The notes under the pieces were generated by a model that saw nothing but the letters and a program-made list of their open reading frames with translations, was not told the DNA's origin and did no database searches. From positions 1 to 61,650 of IMG/VR virus record IMGVR_UViG_3300032324_000012: 61,650 nucleotides of DNA; one strand, given 5' to 3'. The position numbers and the translations under genes were made by a program. Positions 18,038-26,488 of this stretch are shown here, in pieces. Within the stretch, counting starts at the first letter, position 1, and each line of letters opens with the position of its first letter. The stretch comes from a virus (Duplodnaviria; Caudoviricetes).

Positions 18038-18224
18038 CGTCTTCATCCTGAGAACGCAAAAGGTCTTGAGTTGTTTGTATGGCAAGTTGGAGACCTCGAA
18101 TCCTACCCACCACTTCCCGATATTCAGAGTAGTCTTTAGCCCCTCCGTTTGCCAGAAACTGTGTTGCAGAGAGCACATCCTCTGCATATTTTGCGATTAG
18201 CACGTCATAGACGGTTTTAGCCAT
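18027..18224 (-). CDS. Small head-module protein downstream of portal
   Basis: 65 aa; LANGGAKDYSEYREVVGRIRGL. Confidence 0.65.
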   Translation of the reverse strand: MAKTVYDVLIAKYAEDVLSATQFLANGGAKDYSEYREVVGRIRGLQLAIQTTQDLLRSQDEDDDN

Positions 18225-18227
18225 GGA

Positions 18228-20657
18228 TTACTCCTTACTACCCGGCATTTTGGGCTGTTGTTGTGGTGTTGCTAACACCTTCAAGGCATCAAGACGGAGG
18301 CGTTCTTTGGCTTGGTCTTGCTGGGCTTCTACCCGCATGCCTTCCTTCATCGCTTCAATCTCGACACGATCTTTATCCAACTGCAATTTCTGCCCTGCAA
18401 TTTGCATGTCGGCTTGATCTTTTGCAGCTTTGCGAGACACTTCCATCTCTTGTATCTTGACCTTGGCCTGTTCCAACTGGAACAGCGGGTCTTGTGCTTG
18501 TTGCTGTGCTTGCTGTTGCGCGGCGTTTTGCTGGTGAGCCTGCGTAAGTTGTTTGCCCGCGTCCGCAACGAGACGTGCAAGCTGAACTTCCATGTCTTCT
18601 GGCAACTGCTCGTCTGGTGGAGGCAGTGGCACACCAAGGCGCTCTTCGATCTGCTTGCGGTATGAGAAGCCCAAGTGCTCGGCAATGTGTGCTTGCAGTG
18701 AAGCCATGATCTGTTGCGCCATGGGGTTCTGACCGATTGTTCCTGCGATCATCGGGTCTTGCATGAACGACGTATGCGTTGCAATGTGTGCATCGTGATC
18801 TTGATAGATAAATGCCTTGATCGGTTTGCCAATAAGCGCTGACATGTTTTCAGATACGGGATCACGTGGCTTCTGATCATTAGCCATTGGAATAATCTTG
18901 TCTGCGTTTTTGATGCCCAACACTTCGAGCATCTGACGGTGCAAGTATGGCAAGTCGTAAATCTGCGGAGCCTTCTCCGACATCTGGAACGCCGCTTGGT
19001 ACTGCACCACACGTTGCGCCATTGTTGACGCGTTGGGATCAGACACAGGGATGACGTCCACCGACTTATAGTCTTCGCGGCGTGCGCGTGGAGGGCCTTG
19101 CTCTGGCTCGAATGTGTACTCTTCTGGCGCGTAGTCAGCGATGATTTCCTTGAGCAACTTGAACTCTAACTTCATCGCGTAGTGCACGCGGGCTTGTACC
19201 GCGGCCATCGGTTTTAATGTGCGCTCAAGCAATGCAAGTGTTGTACCTACAGGTGCGTTAGCAGACATGTCACTAATGTTCATGTCGCTGATTGCGCCAA
19301 GGCGTCGGCCTTCTTCCGTAATACGTTGTAACAACGCAAGCAGTGTCTGGCTAGGCTCCTTGTACGGGAGCATCATGATGTTGTCTTTGATTGCGCCTGA
19401 CGGCACGTCTACATCACGGAACTCTCCCGGTGCGATCGGTGTATCGTCACCCTTTACGCGAAGACCACGAGCCTTTAAGCCACCGGGCAAGTTAGACAGT
19501 GTTCCTGCATCCACCAATTGGCGAATAATTGCGGTTCCGGCGCGTGCGTATCCACCGATGATGTGGATCAAACCCAAGCCATAAAAACCAAAGCCGGGCA
19601 CGTACACATAGTGCACGAAGTGATCGCGCTTGCGTGTCAACTCATCATCTGGGTTCCAGTTGCGACGCACAGCAAGAACTTCTTGCGTACCGCGCTCAAT
19701 AGTCACCACGTACGGTTTTGCTAAATCATCTTCCTCATCGTCCACACCATCAATGCACAAGTGTGCATGAATCTCAAGCAGTGTGTAACGCTCGTCGTTA
19801 GTCAGCGTGTAGCCACCCTCTTCGGCTTTTTTCTTCTCGATGTCTGTGTGGAACGCAACAGGCTCGCCCAAGTCTTTCTTGCAATAGAACCCGCTTGCCA
19901 TCAAGCGATCCATCTCGTTCTTTGTCTTACGCATCACGTGCGTAACACGTTCGGCCTGTTCAATGTTTGACGCGCCATAAGGCACGATGACATCTTCTGC
20001 TGGGATGTAAATAGCCACTTGACGACCCATTGACGGATCGTAATAAACTTTCTTGAACGCAGAACCTGCAAGGCCCAATGAGTACAGCATGCGCTCATGC
20101 TCTGGGCGATACTCCACCATGACGTCTGTCAACTGGTAGTTCATGTCTTCCTTGACACGATTAGCCGCTTCTTCTTTCTCCTTAGTCACCTTGCCAATAA
20201 TCTTAGTCTTGACAGGGCCAGCGGGTGGAAACGTTTCACTCATCGTCTCGGCTTGGAAGCGGATTGCCGCTTCAGCCAACACTGTGGAGTACACACCGCA
20301 CGCATCATCCCAAGGCTCGGTGCGCTCTTCGTATCTGAAGCCAAGTACTTCCAGACCTTTAACAAATGTATCTGACCATTCTTTACGTGAGGCTGTGTCG
20401 GTATCAACCAACTCAGTCAAGTCACCTGCAAGTGTTGCAAGTGTTCCCTCATCCATGTACTCAGCCAAGTTGTCGCTAAACTCGCCTTCACCATCCTCGG
20501 CATCGTCAGGTACAAGTGTGATCTCCACACTGCCATCACTGAGGGTCACCATATCTGGATTGACAATGTCAATCTCCATCTCGTTTTCTTCGGCCTCGCC
20601 TAGCGCGTCGATGCCCATCGGTGCAGCGTAGAGACTCTTGTCTATGTTTGTTGTCAT
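18228..20657 (-). CDS. Portal protein
   Basis: 809 aa directly after TerL; GSAFKKVYYD, PGFGFYGLG, Gln-rich coiled-coil C-terminus. Confidence 0.85.
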   Translation of the reverse strand: MTTNIDKSLYAAPMGIDALGEAEENEMEIDIVNPDMVTLSDGSVEITLVPDDAEDGEGEFSDNLAEYMDEGTLATLAGDLTELVDTDTASRKEWSDTFVKGLEVLGFRYEERTEPWDDACGVYSTVLAEAAIRFQAETMSETFPPAGPVKTKIIGKVTKEKEEAANRVKEDMNYQLTDVMVEYRPEHERMLYSLGLAGSAFKKVYYDPSMGRQVAIYIPAEDVIVPYGASNIEQAERVTHVMRKTKNEMDRLMASGFYCKKDLGEPVAFHTDIEKKKAEEGGYTLTNDERYTLLEIHAHLCIDGVDDEEDDLAKPYVVTIERGTQEVLAVRRNWNPDDELTRKRDHFVHYVYVPGFGFYGLGLIHIIGGYARAGTAIIRQLVDAGTLSNLPGGLKARGLRVKGDDTPIAPGEFRDVDVPSGAIKDNIMMLPYKEPSQTLLALLQRITEEGRRLGAISDMNISDMSANAPVGTTLALLERTLKPMAAVQARVHYAMKLEFKLLKEIIADYAPEEYTFEPEQGPPRARREDYKSVDVIPVSDPNASTMAQRVVQYQAAFQMSEKAPQIYDLPYLHRQMLEVLGIKNADKIIPMANDQKPRDPVSENMSALIGKPIKAFIYQDHDAHIATHTSFMQDPMIAGTIGQNPMAQQIMASLQAHIAEHLGFSYRKQIEERLGVPLPPPDEQLPEDMEVQLARLVADAGKQLTQAHQQNAAQQQAQQQAQDPLFQLEQAKVKIQEMEVSRKAAKDQADMQIAGQKLQLDKDRVEIEAMKEGMRVEAQQDQAKERLRLDALKVLATPQQQPKMPGSKE

Positions 20658-20666
20658 GATTTATCC

Positions 20667-22214
20667 TCAGTAGTAACCGCCACGACGACGTGACTTAAAG
20701 TATTTAATTTCATCAGGCTCGTCAGACGGCAGTCTGATAAACCCACCCTGACGGAATCTCATGAGTGCCATCACTGCAGAGTCCACCAAGTCATCGTTGC
20801 TCATGAACGGAAATCCTGCGATCTCCTCCACAACTTCTTCAGCCCAGCGGGTTTGTGGAACCCAGCACAACCTAGAAGCCACGATGTCTGCCACGGAGTT
20901 TAACCGCGCTAACTTATCACCGCTACCCCTGTGTGGGGTGTACTCCCCCACGGGCATACCCATGCGGCGCAGTTCTTGATACAGTGCAGTGCCAGAGGAC
21001 TTCTTCTCCACGATGAACGCATCTGGCTCCCAGTCTTTGTATTCTTCCAGTGCCAACTTCTTTAGTTCAGGAAACTCAATCCGTTTTTTGATAGCGTTGA
21101 GCAGGATGATGTTGTGGCATCCTTCTTCCTCGTTGAAGAACACTCCCCATGTTGTAAGTGCAGTGTAGTCGGCACGGTTGTGGCTTTCGGCTGCCGCGTC
21201 CAAACTCATGATCACGTACTCACAGCGGGGCGGCTCGTCTGCCTCCCAGATGTTCCACCACTCACGCTTGACAACTGATGCTTCTTCTGATGTGGGATTT
21301 TGCTGGTACTGCGCGTTCCACTGGAACGTAGGCATCGACGCCTTTGTTCTGTACAGTGCTTTAAGGTCAAAGAATTCTGGCCACAGGGGTTTCTCGTTGT
21401 CCGTTCCCTGATTGAAGATAGCAGGAAACTCAACTACCTCGTACTGGTCGGCATCCTCGTTCTTGCTCATGTCCCCCGTGACGCGCCCTGTCAGGTCGTT
21501 TTGATGCCATCTGGTTTGAATAATGGCGACCCGTCCGCCCGGCATAAGACGAGTACGGGCTCCGTATGTGAACCACTCGTACGCTTTGTCAAACACATCA
21601 AAATTTCCGTTGATGATGTCCTGTTCATTGTGAGGATCGTCCACGAGTAACAAGTCAGCCCCCCGACCAGCCAAAGCAGAACCAACGCCGCAAGCGAAGT
21701 ACTCGCCGCCCATGTTTGTGTTCCATCTTCCGGCTGACTTGCTGTCAATGGCAAGGGTGACTGTTGGAAAAATTTGTTTGTATCTGTCATCGTCAATGAT
21801 GTTCCTAACTTTGCGGCCGAAGTCCACAGCGAGGTCTGTGGTGTGGGAAACCATCAGCACCTTCTTATTAGGGTATTTACCTATGAACCAAGCAGGGAAA
21901 TAAATAGAAACAAGTTGGGATTTGCCGTGACGTGGTGGCATATTCACGCACACCCTGTCTTTTTTACCCTCAGCAATGTCCATTAACAAGTCAGCCAGTA
22001 TGCGGTGATGCTTACCCACCTTGTAGTCAGGCTGCATGTGCTTACAAAACTCAATCAGATCGTCGTAACATGCACGGGCAGTCTTGCGGCTGTCCAAAAT
22101 GTCTGCAATCTTGTCGATCTCCGCCTGTTCTTCGGGCGAATACGAGTCCAAGTTGTCCAGCATTAGCCGGATTTCCTCTTCCGTAAAATCTAAAGTGTCA
22201 ACTTGGGTCAACAT
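20667..22214 (-). CDS. terL: Terminase large subunit
   Basis: Walker A MPPRHGKS, Walker B LLLVDDP, QTRWH coupling motif, nuclease MSLDAA and DDLVDS. Confidence 0.95.
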   Translation of the reverse strand: MLTQVDTLDFTEEEIRLMLDNLDSYSPEEQAEIDKIADILDSRKTARACYDDLIEFCKHMQPDYKVGKHHRILADLLMDIAEGKKDRVCVNMPPRHGKSQLVSIYFPAWFIGKYPNKKVLMVSHTTDLAVDFGRKVRNIIDDDRYKQIFPTVTLAIDSKSAGRWNTNMGGEYFACGVGSALAGRGADLLLVDDPHNEQDIINGNFDVFDKAYEWFTYGARTRLMPGGRVAIIQTRWHQNDLTGRVTGDMSKNEDADQYEVVEFPAIFNQGTDNEKPLWPEFFDLKALYRTKASMPTFQWNAQYQQNPTSEEASVVKREWWNIWEADEPPRCEYVIMSLDAAAESHNRADYTALTTWGVFFNEEEGCHNIILLNAIKKRIEFPELKKLALEEYKDWEPDAFIVEKKSSGTALYQELRRMGMPVGEYTPHRGSGDKLARLNSVADIVASRLCWVPQTRWAEEVVEEIAGFPFMSNDDLVDSAVMALMRFRQGGFIRLPSDEPDEIKYFKSRRRGGYY

Positions 22215-22860
22215 CGTCGTCAAAAGGGGTGTTTTCAGCCAAAATATCGGCTTTTTCTGCTGTTTTTGGCATATTTAGCCCCAACTCTGCATCCACATCA
22301 ATGACGTCGCCCGCCAATACAACTTCGGCGTCCTGAATTTCAGGCTGGGCAACCAATCTTTGCAGTTTTGCACGCAGTTTGCTGCGCAACTCGTCGGTTG
22401 TCTGGTGCGTAATTGTAATTTCTGTGCGGTCTGTGAACAACCCCACGTCTGAAATTTTGCCCAGTAACTCTAATGCACGGATTCTGATGCGGGGGTCAGG
22501 GTTAATTGACTCTTCGATTAGTCTATTAGTTACTGCATGTCGTATTTCAACCGCATGATTGACCACTGCACGCCCATATTCGTCTAGGTACGACCGAATG
22601 TTCTGCAAAGAAGCAGGGGTCATCGCTGATGTATTTACGTTGTTGGCTTTTTGCGACGTTGTTTGTGGGTTGGCCGCATACGCTGTAGTTAACGCAGCAG
22701 CAACTTCTTTGTCTTCAGATGTTTCTGGGGGAATCTCTAAGCCATGGTCTTTCAACAGTTCCATTGAACGGCATGCAGCCTCGGCCCGCTCCCGCAGGTC
22801 GACATACGCCATGTCAGGCGTGATCTCAATACCCAGTTCGGGCATTAACTCTAGTTCCAT
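22198..22860 (-). CDS. Putative terminase small subunit
   Basis: Overlaps terL start; RIRALELLGKISDVGLF helix; likely start MELELMP at 22860. Confidence 0.55.
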   Translation of the reverse strand: MELELMPELGIEITPDMAYVDLRERAEAACRSMELLKDHGLEIPPETSEDKEVAAALTTAYAANPQTTSQKANNVNTSAMTPASLQNIRSYLDEYGRAVVNHAVEIRHAVTNRLIEESINPDPRIRIRALELLGKISDVGLFTDRTEITITHQTTDELRSKLRAKLQRLVAQPEIQDAEVVLAGDVIDVDAELGLNMPKTAEKADILAENTPFDDDVDPS

Positions 22861-23200
22861 ATTTTTCGCAAGTCTTAGTGACCGATGCACCAGTATACAC
22901 ATAGAACAAAATTTTTTGCAATGGGGGGTACTTAAAAAGATGACGGGGGGTGTTTCTGTATATGTTAGTCAACCCGCCGAAACGTACCTGTAATAACACA
23001 GGGGGTGGCATGTTATAGCGTGATAGGTCACGTGGGCTTTGCTGCAGAGTCAGCGTGGTTTGTATTTGGTCTGGCTGGGATTCGTTCGTCTGTAATAGTA
23101 TACCTACGACAGCCACGGGACTCCTAACCATACAGCGGGGGGTGCCGTACCGGTGGGTCACGCCATAACCCGATTCGGCGCGTTAGCCCCTGCCCCATTT

Positions 23201-23217
23201 GTTAGGCGACGCCTAAC
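23201..23217. repeat. 17-bp palindrome copy 1
   Basis: GTTAGGC-GAC-GCCTAAC. Confidence 0.9.
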
Positions 23218-23255
23218 AGAACAACACGATCTGATATGAATCGATACGTTTTCCC

Positions 23256-23284
23256 TTGACATGACAAGTCATCAGGCGTACAGT
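23256..23284 (+). promoter_or_regulatory. Early sigma70 promoter P1
   Basis: TTGACA-17 bp-TACAGT. Confidence 0.75.
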
Positions 23285-23354
23285 TCAGTCATCGGTTAAG
23301 CAATGCGGACACAAGAAGCGCGCTTAACTGATACATGTCTCGAAAGGACACAAA

Positions 23355-23858
23355 ATGAAAGCAGTTAAATTATCCGCCGCAACGATCACCGCCGTTGTTG
23401 ATACTCTCAAAGCTGAAGCTGGCGTTGCAAAACGTTGGGTGAAAGCGGCTGACATGCTTCGTGCAGAGGGTATGACAAGTGAGTTGTTGTTGAACGACAA
23501 GGAGGTTCGCGATGGGTTCAAGAAAGACGTTGTGTTGTTGTCTTTCACCAAAACAGAGCAGAGCATCATGGCACTGCCTGCAACGACCCTGAGCGATGAG
23601 CAGAAGGTCACGAAACGTTGGGTACAACAGCAGATCGGTTCCCGCCTGAATCGCGTTGTGCAACACGTCAAGAAAGCAGAAGACGATGAGTTGTTAAGCG
23701 ATGACGATCGCGGTGCCAAGAAGGTCAGCGACATGGCAACGCGCCTGAAGCGTGACCTGACAAGTTGGATTGACAAGGTTGAGAAAGCAGAAGCAGTGAC
23801 ATTCAGTGCCACTGAGATGGTCAAGTATTTGAAAAGCGCAAGCGCGTTGATCAAGTAA
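23355..23858 (+). CDS. First early gene, helical protein of unknown function
   Basis: 167 aa; aagga RBS; monocistronic with own promoter and terminator. Confidence 0.8.
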   Translation: MKAVKLSAATITAVVDTLKAEAGVAKRWVKAADMLRAEGMTSELLLNDKEVRDGFKKDVVLLSFTKTEQSIMALPATTLSDEQKVTKRWVQQQIGSRLNRVVQHVKKAEDDELLSDDDRGAKKVSDMATRLKRDLTSWIDKVEKAEAVTFSATEMVKYLKSASALIK

Positions 23859-23863
23859 CCCCC

Positions 23864-23895
23864 AAGCCCCGCCCTAAAAAGCGGGGCTTTTTTTT
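23864..23895 (+). terminator. Rho-independent terminator
   Basis: AAGCCCCGC-CCTAAAAA-GCGGGGCTT followed by a T run. Confidence 0.85.
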
Positions 23896-24014
23896 CGTCT
23901 TCATTTTTTGATTTTATGTATTCACCGCCTAACATCTTGATGCCAGTTCTTGGAGTAGCGTGGTGTGAAGTTGCACTGTGTTGCGCAATACCCCAAACCT
24001 GGATCGGTGGAGTT

Positions 24015-24031
24015 GTTAGGCGTTGCCTAAC
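24015..24031. repeat. 17-bp palindrome copy 2
   Basis: GTTAGGC-GTT-GCCTAAC. Confidence 0.9.
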
Positions 24032-24255
24032 AAAGTGATGCCAGTTCTCACAGTAGCGTGGCGCGGCGTCAGTTCTAAAGTTCGCTATTGACTAAGTTCT
24101 AACGTAACTTTTTAATGGGCTTAGTAAAGTTCGTTTTATTTAAATTCCTGCGTTGTTATGGCGTGTTTGAAAGTTCTTTTTTTGCATAAAGTTCTTATAA
24201 AGTTCTTATAAAGTTCGCACTAGCCGCGTACTTTATATTTTTGTGGCAGATCATT

Positions 24256-24272
24256 GTTAGGCGTTGCATAAC
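24256..24272. repeat. 17-bp palindrome copy 3 (one mismatch)
   Basis: GTTAGGC-GTT-GCATAAC. Confidence 0.8.
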
Positions 24273-24481
24273 AGATTGTTTCTTTCCTATGCAATAGTGT
24301 ATTATCTTATCTAATCTTTATAGTTTTATAAAGTTCTTTTTAGGGTCGGGTAGTCCGAAGGGTAAAATTATTTTCCTCAAAAAGTTTTTAGGAAAGTTCG
24401 CGCTTGACCGAGGGGGCACAAGCAATTCTAGGGAGGGGGTGTATACCCGACCCTACAATAAACAACCGAACTCTTTAACCA

Positions 24482-24494
24482 AATCAAGCACTTG
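24482..24494 (+). promoter_or_regulatory. IHF consensus site
   Basis: AATCAAGCACTTG matches WATCAANNNNTTR. Confidence 0.5.
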
Positions 24495-24566
24495 CAAAAT
24501 CGTCATAAAGAACTTTATAGGAACTTATACTTCTCGCCACATTTCGATACAATCAGCCACAAACAC

Positions 24567-24595
24567 TTGACATACACCACCAAACATGTTATACT
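24567..24595 (+). promoter_or_regulatory. Early sigma70 promoter P2
   Basis: TTGACA-17 bp-TATACT with TGn extended -10. Confidence 0.85.
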
Positions 24596-24647
24596 ATAGG
24601 TTGTTCAGTAGGAATTCGCCTAGTGAACTAACAAACCCAGTAACCAT

Positions 24648-24664
24648 GTTAGGCACCGCCTAAC
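24648..24664. repeat. 17-bp palindrome copy 4
   Basis: GTTAGGC-ACC-GCCTAAC. Confidence 0.9.
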
Positions 24665-24684
24665 AAAACCAAGAAAGTAACTTT

Positions 24685-24921
24685 ATGGGACACAATCGAC
24701 GACTCAAACCAATCTGCGATCGGTGCGGTGATACGTACTCCGCTAAACGTGCCAATGCAGGTTATCACATCTGCTTGCTCTGCGGGGAAGATGCGGCACG
24801 TGAGGAACGCAAGGGATGGTGCATTGCGCAGGAATACGGCAAGGGCAACTATCAGTTCATCACAACGGCCAGTGCATCAGTTGCACTCAAACAAACCAAT
24901 CAGAAACAACTTAGGGGATAA
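24685..24921 (+). CDS. Small Zn-finger (CxxC...CxxC) early protein
   Basis: CDRCG...CLLCG; downstream of P2. Confidence 0.7.
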   Translation: MGHNRRLKPICDRCGDTYSAKRANAGYHICLLCGEDAAREERKGWCIAQEYGKGNYQFITTASASVALKQTNQKQLRG

Positions 24922-24923
24922 AC

Positions 24924-25115
24924 ATGGAACGTGCTGAAGTAGACATGAGGGATAAAACTGTGGAGAGCATCAGTTACCCAAATCCTTGGAGTGAGGGCAT
25001 CACCATTACATTCACCGATGGTAGCAAGTTAAATGTATACGAACGTATGCAAGCAGGCGAGATCATGGTGACGTACAACGGCAACGAAGTTATACACGAT
25101 AGGGATTCAGAATGA
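24924..25115 (+). CDS. Hypothetical early protein
   Basis: 63 aa, agggg RBS. Confidence 0.6.
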   Translation: MERAEVDMRDKTVESISYPNPWSEGITITFTDGSKLNVYERMQAGEIMVTYNGNEVIHDRDSE

Positions 25116-25288
25116 CTGACTTATTATTACAAGACGAGTCCGAGGGGTACGAGCCCCAACGACTTAGCCGATGGTTTGCCAGCAAGCCGGACGCAAGGCA
25201 CGTGGTGCGCAAGCATCACACAAACGAGTGGGCATGGCACGAGGCCAAGGCACAGGAACATGACGCACGAGGAGAAGAGACATGCTAA
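25112..25288 (+). CDS. 58-aa early protein (not in ORF track)
   Basis: ATGA overlap; MTDLLLQDESEGYEPQRLSRWFASKPDARH...GEETC*. Confidence 0.55.
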   Translation: MTDLLLQDESEGYEPQRLSRWFASKPDARHVVRKHHTNEWAWHEAKAQEHDARGEETC

Positions 25289-25374
25289 CAACGTGGGAGA
25301 AGTTCGAACGTGCGGTGTTGTTGGTGGCAGTGATCGTGCTCATGCTCGACTTGCTTTACTGGCGACCATACTGA
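25282..25374 (+). CDS. 30-aa single-TM early peptide (not in ORF track)
   Basis: ggag RBS; MLTTWEKFERAVLLVAVIVLMLDLLYWRPY*. Confidence 0.6.
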   Translation: MLTTWEKFERAVLLVAVIVLMLDLLYWRPY

Positions 25375-25395
25375 CTATCGGATTGTATCTAATCC

Positions 25396-25424
25396 TTGAC
25401 ATACGTATCATACTGTGGTACAAT
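25396..25424 (+). promoter_or_regulatory. Early sigma70 promoter P3
   Basis: TTGACA-17 bp-TACAAT with TGn extended -10. Confidence 0.85.
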
Positions 25425-25475
25425 ATATGTATCGAGTGGGAATTCATCTGCTCGATAAAGCGAAAGTAAAAACGT

Positions 25476-25492
25476 GTTAGGCACCGCCTAAC
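25476..25492. repeat. 17-bp palindrome copy 5
   Basis: GTTAGGC-ACC-GCCTAAC. Confidence 0.9.
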
Positions 25493-25527
25493 TATTTAAA
25501 TGACTGTAAACAACTTAGGATATTATC

Positions 25528-26442
25528 ATGAACGCTTCATCACCTGAAACTAACGTAGTTACTACGAACACACCATCCATCTCAACATCAGCAATGCTTG
25601 TTGAATTATCGATCAGCACATGGACAGGACGCAAACTGGACAAACGTGCCTCGCAAGACGTAACCGCCCAAGCCTCTGCGCAAAAGGGTGTTGCCAACGT
25701 CAATAAGAAGTTACTCGGTGACTGTGCCGAATTGGATGCGGTACAGAAGTTCACAGCCAATGCACGTAACGTGCACTACGCCATGACAATGCCATGGTCA
25801 GACACAGGTCTGCGCTTATTGCCCACGACCCAATACTTCAAGTACCACAGGGAGATGACTACCCTGCAAGCGGAGTACGAACGTCAGGTTAACGTGTTTC
25901 TGCAAGCATACGATTGGGAGATCAGCCAAGCGCAGGTCAAACTCGGTGACTTGTTTAACTCGGACGAGTACCCGACAGCGGACAGCCTCACATCTAAGTT
26001 CAAGTTCAAGATGAACTACATGCCACTTGCCGATGCGGGTGACTGGCGTGTGGACATTGGCAACGAGGCCAAGGACGTGTTGGCATCTCAGTACGAGACG
26101 TACTACACAACACAGTTGCAAACCGCAATGGGTGACGTGTGGTCACGAGCACATGATGCACTGGCAAAGATGTCAGAGCGTCTTGACTATGCAGATGGCC
26201 CGACAAAGAAGATATTCCGCGACTCACTGGTTGACAACGTGGTGGACATCATCGAACTACTCGGTGCATGCAACATCACAAACGACCCGACCATGGAGTT
26301 GGCACAGAAACAACTTAGCACAGCCATGCGAGGCATCACACCCGATGCACTGCGTGAGGACGCTTACCTGAGAGCAGAGACCAAGCGTCACGTGGACGAG
26401 GTCAAGAAGATCATCAACAACTTACCATCACTCGGCATGTAA
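25528..26442 (+). CDS. Helical protein, DUF3150-like partner of AAA/VWA module
   Basis: LVELSISTWTGRK...TMPWSDTGLRLLP...FNSDEYP; directly upstream of the AAA ATPase; family assignment is inference. Confidence 0.6.
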   Translation: MNASSPETNVVTTNTPSISTSAMLVELSISTWTGRKLDKRASQDVTAQASAQKGVANVNKKLLGDCAELDAVQKFTANARNVHYAMTMPWSDTGLRLLPTTQYFKYHREMTTLQAEYERQVNVFLQAYDWEISQAQVKLGDLFNSDEYPTADSLTSKFKFKMNYMPLADAGDWRVDIGNEAKDVLASQYETYYTTQLQTAMGDVWSRAHDALAKMSERLDYADGPTKKIFRDSLVDNVVDIIELLGACNITNDPTMELAQKQLSTAMRGITPDALREDAYLRAETKRHVDEVKKIINNLPSLGM

Positions 26443-26459
26443 GTTAGGCACCGCCTAAC
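26443..26459. repeat. 17-bp palindrome copy 6
   Basis: GTTAGGC-ACC-GCCTAAC immediately after the TAA stop. Confidence 0.9.
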
Positions 26460-26488
26460 AACTTAACTTAACTTAACGAAAGACTATC

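Larger units (their letters stand above)
24070..24530. other. Putative replication origin (AT-rich, AAAGTTC iterons)
   Basis: ORF-free; many AAGTTC repeats including tandem ATAAAGTTCTT; inverted copies at 24507-24527; 12-bp inverted repeat; IHF consensus. Confidence 0.5.

Noticed and set aside
26457-26478. ACTTA tandem triplication after the palindrome
   Set aside because: Too short to separate from slippage or an unstructured AU-rich translation leader.
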